Source of the DNA: Bugula neritina
Lineage: Eukaryota; Animalia; Bryozoa
Assembly: GCA_964035545.1 (NCBI GenBank)
Contig: OZ037769.1
Coordinates: 4,321,929-4,385,928 of the forward strand
Direction: 5' to 3'
DNA length: 64,000 bases
Shown here: positions 1 to 11,600 of the stretch, one piece after another
Numbering within the stretch: the stretch's first letter is position 1
How the letters are laid out: each line of letters begins with the position of its first letter
Notes under the pieces: model-generated
The model's input: only the letters and a program-made list of their open reading frames with translations
Database searches by the model: none
Told to the model about the DNA's origin: nothing
Program-made: the position numbers and the translations under genes

Positions 1-64
1 ATGGATGTTAATGATATAGATAGATAGTTGCAAATTAAAACTGTACATGTTTATCTTTTTTTAG

Positions 65-245
65 TCACAGAAAAAGAAAGGCTGACGAATGTTTCAAGAA
101 AGCTGAGAAAGGATGCACATATGCTGCCGGAGTTAGAGATCTGTTTATCAATCAAGCTCTTCCTAAAGTTTGCAAATATAATTGGTTCTTCATTTACAAG
201 AGACCTGTTTTACCATTCAGGTGTTCTGCTCGTTTAGTATACTGA
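65..245 (+). CDS. Gene A0: last coding exon of a secreted Cys-rich protein paralogue (rest of gene lies upstream of the window)
   Basis: Acceptor tttttag at 61-64. The phase-2 frame reads (C)HRKRKADECFKKAEKGCTYAAGVRDLFINQALPKVCKYNWFFIYKRPVLPFRCSARLVY* (TGA 243-245). It is clearly homologous to the last exons at 4099-4276 (+) and 19938-20115 (-). The supplied ORF 28..237 is in the wrong frame. Confidence 0.85.
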
Positions 246-705
246 ATACTTATACACTATCTCATATAATCAATGCACTTTGAACTAACATTGAAATATC
301 TCTTTATACTAGACTATAACAGCATCTTATATTGAGAGATTTTCTAACTTAAACCTTGTTAAAACACACCTATTCCAACAAGTTTCAACAGTTTCAATTA
401 TATTTTTGCTATAGCTTATGTAAATAAACCCAAATATAGTTCTATATATACACCTAACACTCCTTTGTAGTTGATGTTAACAACTATATAATTAAAGCAA
501 TAGTTTAGTAACCTGGCATATTTAGTTTACTATAAGCATGATACATACTATATGTTGATAATCAGATAATTTTCAGTACAGAAACAAATTGCATTCATGC
601 AGAGCCAGTTTGTAAATTTATAATACAATAAATAATTATAATAAGACAAAACAATTACCTATAATAAGGTTCCTTATTATACTAGGATAAATGGACAACT
701 GCATA

Positions 706-1230
<525 letters not shown>

Positions 1231-1752
1231 GTTTTGCTGTAATTCTGAGAATAAAAAAGTAGCATAGAAATGCAAAACTGTAAGTATTATATAGTCCTTA
1301 TTATTCACGTTTAGTTGAGAGCTTATAATGAAAACAAAGCTAATATCAACAAGATAAAAACGGTGACTTGCGTATTTGAAATCAGTAGTATGTTGACTTT
1401 GCAGTGATAAACACAATAACAATAAAGGTTAGTAATGAAGTATACTCGTATTTGACATGTTGACTGCTCAGCACGCATCAGGAAGTATGAGTTTGTTATT
1501 CTTATTATAAGAATGAAATGATTATAATCTCAAGTGGTAGCAGAAACTATATGTCATAACTGATTATGTATTATCTTAAATGTCGCAACTTAATCATGTT
1601 TCAATGACTTTGCTTTATTTTTGATTGGTTGATATTTATAGTTGGCAAAGAAAAGTCTAAGTAACAAGGAAAAGTATGTTGTCATACAGGGGCTAAAAAC
1701 ATGCTATCTTTTACATTGCTAAATGTCGGAAGCTGAGTGATATCTGATATGC

Positions 1753-1911
1753 CAGCTGTATATTCTCAAAGAATAAGGAAGTTTTACTTTATTATTGTTT
1801 TGCAAAGTCATGGAAATTAATCATTTTGTTTGACTAGCTACGCAGACTGATAATGGTTCCATGACAACAATAATGAATGCATTTCATGACTGCACAATCT
1901 CCATATATAAA
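1753..1911 (+). promoter_or_regulatory. Putative promoter of gene A: E-box CAGCTG (1753-1758) and TATA box TATATAAA (1904-1911)
   Basis: The TATA lies ~90 nt upstream of ATG 2001. Paralogues B and C have a TATA at an equivalent distance and upstream CAGCTG motifs. Confidence 0.55.
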
Positions 1912-2000
1912 GAGAAAATCTCAACATAAATTTCACAGTATTACTTTATTCCACTTGCAACATACACCTCAAAAAGAAAGATCATCTTAAAAATTCTAAA

Positions 2001-4276
2001 ATGAGTAAGTACTTATCATTTTTTCTTTCTAAATAAAGATATTTTAAACAAGCAAAGCGGGATGCTGTAACAGCAGCAATAATAGCATATATCACTATAC
2101 TATATATTATATTTATTTTCAGTGTCTGTGAAAGAGATCGTAGCATTTTGCGCTGTTGCCTTTTTTATTGGTAAGTTATATCGCTATGTGTTTTATATAT
2201 TTATAATATTTTTAAAAATACTAGATGCAGTGAATATAATATTAAACAATGCATCATGAAGTGTATTATATTAAAACATTTTCAGTGTTGATAAAATGAT
2301 AATATTGTTTGCTCATATATTATAGGGACAGTTGAAGCTGCAGGGGGAAATAGCACAACAGATGTCAGTAAGTATACATACAGTTGTGAAAACTTATCAC
2401 GATAATATTTTAGTTCTATTTATTTCCTCATAACATTATAACTATATGTGCATAATAACTATAAAAATTTTGACAAATATGATTGTATTAAATCAAAATG
2501 TACATATAATATTATAGCGCTTGAAAAATAATTTTCGGACAAAAAATATTTTTAATAACTTTAATGTATTTGTTGCAGGTTGTGAAGATAAACTTTTTGA
2601 CTCATTTTGCAAGTACAAACAACTAGTCTTGACACAGGAGAGGGAAAAATGCTTAGAGTGAGTATATAAAGCATAAGATAATAATGTCCCACTTTGTAAA
2701 ATAGCTTAATAATTTCATATCCTTCAATTCTATGTTTGAGTAAATTTTCGCAAAGCACTAAAACAGTTATAGCAATTACATGTTATGCTTATTCAATTCA
2801 GAGCCAGAGATGTCCTGAACGAAGCTGTCAGTAATTGTGTTGCGGAAGATCCTGTCAAAAGAATGGTACAATCTGTTCATTATGTAAGACTCTTTGCTCC
2901 AAATTGCCCAAACATTGAGCTTCCACAAGATGGTGAGAAACAATTGCTACATCTTTAATTCACATTGTGCTGCTGATTCATAAATTGCTTGAGTATATAA
3001 AGAAAGTGTTAATAAAAGAACAATATGTGATCTTATTTGCCACTTTTTAGGATGTGGTCAGCTTCCAACATGCCTTCAGAAGTTGTTTAACAGATCTGGA
3101 CAGAGAATCCTTTGGTAAGTCATTTGCTTATTTTTAACCTAATGCTAAATAATGCCACTTGATTGAGAATATAATTAATATTATAGTTGGATTTATACCA
3201 TCTTTGAAAAATATTTTAACAAATTGGACTAAGTAATTCTAACACATTCAAAAACTTATTTTCCTTATTGTAACACCAAACAGTAGTTTTGAAGCAGCTA
3301 TGAAATAACAAATTCTAAGCGCTATAACAGCAATACTTGTACTCTAGATTTTTAGTTAAAGATGTTATTGCAAAGTTATTTTTAGAGATATTTTTGATAA
3401 ATTCTACAGGCTTTTTCAAAAGTTTGTGGTTGACAGCCTGAATCGGTAGATTTTCCAGATGTAACATATATGTGTATATCTGTCATCTGATATATGCATG
3501 TCCCTCAAATCTTTATTGCATTTACAATAAAGATATTAAGTTCTCCACTAACAAAAAACTTTGATACGACGTTTTTTAAACATTGGAAATAAAATTTATT
3601 AAGTGTTTAAATGTGGACACCTCTTTGAACTCATACAACGTTTAGGAAAAGTTTATTTCCCAAAATATTTCACCAACGTTTCATAAACAAATTATAAGAA
3701 TTTTTTTTCCAACGTTCATAAAATGTCATATCAAAGATTTTTGTTAGTGGAGAACTTAATATATCTATATTGTAAATGCAATAATGATTTGAGTGAAATG
3801 CATATATCAGATGACAGATATAGATATATGCTATACATCTAGAATATATACAGATTTTGACTGTCAACCACAAATTATGTTTAGGCATTTTATTTATAAA
3901 CTTAGATTGTATATTATATTGAAAAAAAACTATATAATCAATTTAGTATATAATAAATGTTCAGGAAAACAAAGTTCAACAGAGTAAAATCTTTGGCCGT
4001 CCAAAACTTTTTTTCAAACCTATAACATAACATTCATCTGCAGTGGGTATGTATTATTATTGCTAAATTTAATTTATATTTATTTATTTTATATTTAGCT
4101 GCAATAAACAAGCAGCTGACAGATGTTTCGCCAGAGCTGAGAATGGATGTACATATGCTGCCGGGGTCAGGGACCTGTTTATCAACCAAGCTCTTCCTAC
4201 AATCTGCAACCGTAATCAATACTATAATTATAGGGAAACTGTTATACCATCCAGCTGTCCTGCTTCTCAATACTAA
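2001..4276 (+). CDS. Gene A: secreted Cys-rich protein, ~181 aa, 7 coding exons (2001-2004, 2123-2170, 2326-2367, 2579-2657, 2802-2932, 3051-3114, 4099-4276)
   Basis: All introns are GT..AG and the spliced frame is open: MMSVKEIVAFCAVAFFIGTVEAAGGNSTTDVSCEDKLFDSFCKYKQLVLTQEREKCLEARDVLNEAVSNCVAEDPVKRMVQSVHYVRLFAPNCPNIELPQDGCGQLPTCLQKLFNRSGQRILCCNKQAADRCFARAENGCTYAAGVRDLFINQALPTICNRNQYYNYRETVIPSSCPASQY*. Exon sizes 4/48/79/131/64/178 are identical to the matching exons of gene B. The N-terminus is hydrophobic and signal-peptide-like. Confidence 0.88.
3423..3874. mobile_element. MITE/foldback-like element with long imperfect inverted repeats, in the last intron of gene A
   Basis: tttgtggttgacag...ctgtcatctgatatatgcat...attaagttctccactaacaaaaa (3423-~3590) is mirrored by tttttgttagtggagaacttaat...atgcatatatcagatgacag...ctgtcaaccacaaa (~3700-3874). 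Confidence 0.8.
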
Positions 4277-4758
4277 TTTGTGTATATATAAAGACTGTTT
4301 ACACTATCTCCTACAATCAATGCTCTATGAACTGACATTTTAAATATATTTTATACTAGACTATAACAGCATCTTATATTGAATGATTTTTTAATTTTAA
4401 TCTTTTTAAAACACATTTGTTCCTACCAAGTCTCATTAGTTTCAAGTATTTTCGCTATAGCTTACATACATAAATAAACCCAAATATAGTTTTATATATA
4501 CACAAACACTCCTTATGCAGTTGTTGATTCTATGATAACTATATGATTAAAGCAGTAATTTGGTGATGTTGCATATTTAATTTACTAAGCATGATGCTGC
4601 TATTTTTATAAATACACACAGTTTTCTGAACAAAACAAACTGTATCCACGAAAAGCCAGTTTGTATTTATAATACAATATATAATATAATTGTTTTATAA
4701 AAATCTTCTGTAATAACCTTTTCTATTATACATTATGCATACGTGTATAACTACATGA

Positions 4759-4870
<112 letters not shown>

Positions 4871-5839
4871 TTATATCTTTACTGATTTAGCAAAAACAAA
4901 TCATCAGTAAAAAATGGCATAAATAGCATAAAAATTCAAAGCTGTAAGCATGGCGTAAGCAGATTTGTTCACATTTGGTTGAAAACTTTTAACAAATCAA
5001 AGCTAATATACAAAAAAGATAAAAAATAGTGACTTGCATATTTAAAATCAGTAGAATGTTGGCTTTGCAGTGACAGATAAAAAAGCAACAATGGCTATAG
5101 TTAGGCAGAAAAAAGCCAATTTTTACCTAAGTTTGAAATCCCAGATAAAATTCTTTTCTCTTCCGATTATTCAAATATAGGGTCTAGGTAAATGTTTTCA
5201 GGTGGGTGTGGAACTTTTTACCCTTGAGCATTTTGAGAAATTCAAGATGGCCTCCTGGTGCCAGATGATTTATATAATTCAAGAATACCTAAATTTAAGG
5301 TTCCAATGCTTTGAAATATTTAGAAATTAATATAATAAAGGTGAATCTGCCTTCATCACGTGTATTGTTGAGTAATAGGTATATAATAGCCAACAGTAAC
5401 TAAGCAAAGCTTTAATCATGCAGTTTTTTCAACTTTAACCTAGCCTTGCCGTGTTTATAATCTCTGCATCAGTTTCTTCTAAACTCATGAAAATTCATTC
5501 TATGAGATAATTCTTTGTGCTGATTACAAATATGTCTATCAAAAAAAACTGGAGTTGGTTTTGCAATACTAAAATGCAATGTCATTGTCATATGAGCTAA
5601 ATAGCAATTTATATCAAATTGGCACGCTTATCCAAAAGTTTAGTTGAGCTGCCAATTTAAAATTTGTTTTTAGTTTTAAATGTTTACCCATGTTTTATAA
5701 CTAGGTAAAAGGGGGGGGGTCATTTCTTAAAATAATTTAATTGCTTTATTATTAACACCTCATTTATCTAAAAACACAATGAATTTAAACTCTCTGTTTT
5801 CTAATTTTAAATAATAATAAGTCTTAGTTGATATAAAGG

Positions 5840-6012
5840 AGCAGCCGTGGTCTAGGGGTTAGAGTGTTTACCTAGTAAACACAAGGCTCTGGGTTAGAGC
5901 CCAGAAAAAGGCCATTGGTGATGTTAGGAAGAGCATCCGGTCATAATTTCTCCTGTGCCTCATATTAGAGGTTTCTCACAGGGATAGTGACTATAAACTT
6001 GCGCGAGTTTTT
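5840..6012 (+). mobile_element. tRNA-derived SINE copy (internally deleted)
   Basis: Head agcagccgtggtctaggggttag (A-box-like), body cattggtgatgttaggaagagcatcc and tail tctcacagggatagtgactata are shared with copies at 21241, 39734 and 47657. Confidence 0.8.
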
Positions 6013-6892
6013 TAGTTTATATAAGATATATAAGTTTTCAATTTAATAGTATCTTATTTTACATAGTATATTATGGCATCACCTATAGAAAAAAAAAGCA
6101 ATTATGAAATACTTTAGCTCATGAAACTTGAACAAATAAAAGCCAAAGAATGAAAGTGCAGCTTTGAGAAGGCACATGGCATAATAGTCAGCCAAGTTGG
6201 AACAGTGAATTTTATACTAGCTGCCAACTAGATACACTAACTTAGATATATACTAGCTTAGATATACTAGCTTAGATATACTCTCTTAGATATACTATAT
6301 AGCTAGTATACTAGCTTATACTAGAAGCCTAAATGTACTAAAATTTTGTTAAATTAATATCTTAATGCACAAACTGTGGGAAACACTTTTCATCTACAAA
6401 TTGTAGAAAAATACTTCAGAAATGTTATGATTAAAGCCGTATAGGCAATATATGTAGTTTCATTTTGTGAATTCAAAACAACCAAACACAACTATAAACT
6501 TTTACTTCCTATAGGGTTCTTGGTAAGAGACTCAACACTAAAAAATGTTTTTACCGATGGCCTCTTTGGCCCAGGCTTCACAGGGCTAATCTAATTATCA
6601 AAAATGCCTTTTTGTGATGCTTTTCAAATTGATTATTCCAAAAGACTAAACTATTACTTTTCTGTAGAGCATAGCCATCAAAAGGTTTAGTGCACAGCGC
6701 ATTAAATTATTCACGTTTGATGTGAGTAAATATATTTAAAACTGCAGACATATCAATCTACATTTCAGGACATTGACCGTGATTAGTGTCATAACAATAC
6801 TTGTAATCATCAGGAACTCCTGTTTTTTATTGCCTCATACAGCCCAGAGCTATATTTAATATAAGATCACAGCAAATTTATTACGAAACTCT

Positions 6893-6910
6893 TATATATA
6901 TATATATATA

Positions 6911-6980
<70 letters not shown>
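6893..6980. repeat. (TA)n microsatellite flanking the hammerhead-bearing element
   Basis: Directly visible. Confidence 0.95.
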
Positions 6981-6984
<4 letters not shown>

Positions 6985-7262
6985 AATCTGTGGACAGCAG
7001 CTGTTTCGGGATTTGTCCCCTCATCAGCACAGAACAGAGTACCATGGCCCACACCTTTGCAATAGTAAAACTTATAGTTTTACTGAAGCATATTCAAAAG
7101 GTGTGTAAACCCAAGCCAGAGTGCTCAAGTGACTCTAGGGGTCACCTAGGAGTCACGAGCAGTGCTAAATGCTAGCAGCTTGAGTTTGTGACCATGGTGA
7201 GAGTGCTCAATCATTTAATGTCATTGCTGAGCATTAAATGAGAGCGTAATATCTAGTAGCTA
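6981..7262 (-). mobile_element. ~280-bp hammerhead-containing element embedded between (TA)n tracts; probable Penelope-like/retrozyme terminal-repeat remnant
   Basis: GC-richer island bounded by (TA)n on both sides (6893-6980 and 7264-7283) that carries the ribozyme. The family assignment is inferred from the known association of minimal hammerheads with Penelope-like elements. Confidence 0.55.
6987..7033 (-). ncRNA. Type I hammerhead ribozyme (minimal, Penelope-associated style)
   Basis: The minus strand reads UCUGUG-CUGAUGA-GGGGACAAAUCCC-GAAA-CAG-CUG-CUG-UC^CACAGA. It has the conserved core CUGAUGA and GAAA, stem I UCUGUG/CACAGA, stem II GGGA/UCCC, stem III ACAG/CUGU and cleavage triplet GUC (cut between 6993 and 6992). 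Confidence 0.88.
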
Positions 7263-8109
7263 GTATATATATATATATATATAAGTGACTCCCGAAGCTG
7301 AAAATCTTCACAAAGGTGATTGCTTTCATAAAAGTAATTACCTGGTGCTCCCATACAGCTATTTTTATAGGTCAAGACAACAGATTCGCATCATAAGTAT
7401 TCAACAAGTTAAGGGCTAAATATTGTAAATTGAGCAAATGCATAAATTTGAATGAGTAGCTGCAACGAAGATTGATTTCTTGCTACAGCTTCATGAGAGA
7501 ACTGCTGAATGTTCTTGTTGGACGGAAACATTACTTGCTTATTCATTTTGATTGCTAGCTCTGAAAATTAATATTTGAAACTATAAGGTTGGAAAATTGT
7601 TATTATTGTTCATCATTTTCATCATTGCTATCTTCGTTGGTTTTAATTTACAACTATAATGCAATAGTTTTTGTTTGTAATTATTATTTTTAGTTAATAA
7701 TTATTGATGTTTTTCCTATCATCATTTATTTGTTTATTTGTTGCCTATACTAGTAGAGAAGTAAAGTGTATAACCAGTCTCATTCTTTTACCAGTTTGTG
7801 GAGCTAAATTGTGTTTAATATAGAATATACTGCTATATGTAACTATTTCGTAGTGTTACATACATAATACTAATACAGCTATTCAAACCAAAGCATCTCT
7901 ATAGCCTTGTGTAATCAACAAGCCAATAGTTTTGATGCAAAGAAGTTCAGTTTTAATTGTTTCAAACACAAAAATGTCAAAAGAGTTGTTTTAAAAATGT
8001 AATAAGCATTGCTTTGTGCGAGAATCAAAAATTTAAATTGTTTCAATATGTTAAGATTTACCGGGTCAGTCTGAATAAATGTAGCCTAAAACATAAAACC
8101 GAAAGTTGT

Positions 8110-8425
8110 GAACTATTTTTTCTTTTTGTTTTGTCAAACAAAATCTGGAAGCATCTTGAGAGTTTATCACGTCCTACAAATAATAAACAAATATCAGTGT
8201 CCCAATCTAAGTTAATGTTCTATGTATAAAATAGTTTCAAACTTGCAAGGTAACAGCTTACAGCTCAAGTATATACGTGTTTTAATATTTTGGTGAAACT
8301 CAATGCTTTTGCAGTTTGAAAAATAACTCATCTATACTGAATTTGTTGGGGCACCCTTTTAACAAAATTTTTATTAGCAAAATGACCACTGATGAGTGAT
8401 AGCTACCTGCAAAATTTTTGGGCTC
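8110..8425 (-). pseudogene. Decayed Cys-domain exons downstream of the gene C stop codon
   Basis: caaacaaaatctggaagcatcttgagagtttatcacgtcctaca (~8135-8178) matches the 64-nt exon of gene B (caaacagattccggaggcaacttgagagttttccacatcctaca). tgcagtttgaaaaataactcatctatactgaattt (~8310-8345) matches its 131-nt exon (tgcagtttgaggcaaacagatctacatactgaattt). Both are diverged. Confidence 0.7.
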
Positions 8426-8640
8426 TAAATAAAATAAACTAAGACACACCTTGTAAAGATGATTAGCTATATAAATTATTGCATTTGGAGAAAAAAGTGC
8501 AGGTACTAGTGGCAAAAATGAGTTTTACAAAGTGCATGGTGAAATATTATATTGACACAGGAAAAAGCAGTATTATCATAATAATGAATGTGTATAATTA
8601 AAAAAATGATAAGGTTTTTGTATGAATGTGTTTACAAACC

Positions 8641-11600
8641 TTAGATATCACGAAGTTTTCCTCTCAAAATCATTTGAAATAATTTCATCAAAATAGATTC
8701 AGAATCTGTAAAAAAAACAAGAAATTATGTTAACAAAATTTTGAAAGGTTTCTAAATATGTTAATAGTTATATATTGCATGCATTTGAACATTATAGTTA
8801 TACTTTTTGCATACGTGTTTTCCAATTATTTGAATGTAATAACATTAGATAAAAATTAGCAAAAGTTTTTTTATTATATGTAATATTTCAGATTGATAGC
8901 AAGTAGCAAATATGCATGATAAAATTTGTCAGTAACCGCACACAAAAAATGTTTTGACTAAACATCAAAAATGGCTGCATGTAAATTCAATACCAAAAAC
9001 AAATGTACATATTGATATGTGAGTAGAATATATTTACCTTGTATTCCACGGTCATATTCTTCTTCAGATTCTTCAGATTCTTCACCTCTTCCTGTATTGA
9101 AATAATTAAATTATTAAAGGTAAAACTTACAAATTAAGTACTCAGTGTACATGCAATAATAGTTATATTTTTATGTTTTTGATTCAGTGACTTTTAAAAA
9201 AAATTTTGTATTCCATCTCAACTTTATATGATGATTTTGTTTAAAAACTTTTTTTGAAGCCACAATTAGAGTAAAAAACTTATGTTACCTTAAAAAAATC
9301 TCTGCACTGTGTAAATATACAATTTTGAGAAACTAGCTATTGATATGTAATTTCAATGTAACTACTATATGTATTACGTATAGCAACAATTTCTTTCAGG
9401 ACCTATATATACCTCTTCCTGCATTCAAACAAAAATAATCTTTTATCAGAAACTACAGAGGAGCTATTCAAATAATTCATACATTTTATTACTTTCAATA
9501 AACCTTTTGTTTTAACAAACCTATGAATATGATGTATAGGCTGTAAGCTAATTTCAGCAATATATACATAATATAATAATATAACATATTTACCAGGATA
9601 TCTACGCCTATTTCTTCTAGGTCCTTCGCCTCGTCCTACATTAACAAACAATAATAATAAACTACCAAAGTCTGGCAAATATTAGGTACCCAAATGTTTA
9701 ATTCATAAATATAATATATTTTGAAAATATAATATAATATATATAAATATAATAATTATAGCTATATGTATTATTGTACATAAATTAACAATTATTTAAC
9801 AAATATACCTAAATGATTTTTCAACAAGCAAAAGCATTATAGAGATTTTGAGAATGACAAATTTATGTATAGTATAGAACCGTATTTAAATATCTTTGTA
9901 AATAAAAAATTCAATAAAATCCCACATTGAAATGTATAAAGTATACCGCATATATACTTACCATGCATTCTGCGGTCAAAATATCCCTCATTTTCTTCAC
10001 TTCTTCCTACATTTAGTCAGAAATAATATATTAGGCTTTCAAAATAGATAATATTATAGATAATTAACTAATTTACATGGTAATAAATTTGCTATTGTAT
10101 ATTATTAATTCAATAAATATTTAAGGAAAAACCTAAATTTATATTAAATATATTGATTTCTGCCATGTAAATATTAATGTTTTTGTGCATAATATCCATC
10201 AAGATGTTAGTGTTTATTTTTTATAAATACCTCTTAATTTTGGTTTTCAACAGCAATTAAATTTTACCAATTTACAAACTTACGAATTATTTTATAAAGC
10301 AGTTTATACAACTGCATATAACTATATTACATTGTAATATTATTAGGATCAATTATGTAAAAAATTTTCAAAATATTATCATTATGTAACAAATTACACT
10401 GCTTTCTGTATAAACAATGAACAAGAAATTTTAGGTCAACATTTTTTTCTTGTCACTTTTAGGTACTAAAGGTAAAAGTATATATACTCAGTGTAAATAT
10501 TGATAATTAGGTAAACACATATAAATTACCTAATAGTATTTGACGAATACTTGTTGCTGGGCTTTCATCTCTCTCTGCAATAATAAACAATAATATAGTT
10601 ACCATAAATGTTTAGTTAAGTGCTGACAAAATTTGCACATAGATGATGTAAAAACAGATCAGTATGTTTTCAATTTTATGTTAATTTGAATTAAATTCTG
10701 CCTTACTCACGCAAGAAATTAAGGCTTCTATATTAGTAATGAATTTATACTCAATTAATAAAATCTGTGTAAATATGTAAGTATAGAAAGGCTAACACAC
10801 ATTGAAATATAAATATACAATATCCTTATCTTGCATTCGGTGGCCTTCATTTTCATCACTTCTTTCACCTCTTCCTACATTTTAGCAATAAGAATATTAT
10901 ACGAAAAACAAAAACATAATTACTCAAGAATCCGTGAATACTGCTGATTGTTTAAGAGTTTTATTTTAAAAAACTTGAAATAAATAAAAGCTAATTCCAC
11001 CTCAAAATTAAATTTATTAACTCTAGCAACAATTTACTATATAGTTAGTATTTCTGTACAGCGTACTTACCAGAATATCTGCGTCTATTGCCTCTATGCT
11101 CTTCACCTCTACCTATATAATACATGTTTTAAAATTTCGGAATGAAAAACTACCAAATCAAGAAAAAATATATAAAATATATAAGCAGATCTCAAAATAA
11201 TGTGTAAATATAAAATACCAAGAAATGAATTTATTGAAATGTAGTTATTATATAATACTCACCTCGCATTTCACGGTCATATTCTTCTTCAGATTCTTCT
11301 CTTCTTCCTACATTTGAACAACAATGATAATTATCCAAATTTGATAATTCAAGTTATCAAATAATTTATATGTTAATAAATATGCTACTGTATATTAACA
11401 ATTTGATAAAATATGTAATACATCATAGAGTGTTTCTATTTCATATAACTGAATATATTTGATTGAGCATTGAAAAAAGTACATATTATTTGCTGTTTCT
11501 ATACAACATATGCCTACCAAAATACGGGAGTCTATCTTCTCCAGACTCTTCCCCTCTTCCTGTGTTTCAACAGCAAGCAGGTTTTACCAGTACTTACAAA

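Noticed and set aside
5092-5450. Possible DNA transposon with terminal inverted repeats
   Set aside because: The end similarity (ggcta..gtta....gaaaaaa) is too degenerate and no TSD could be identified by eye.
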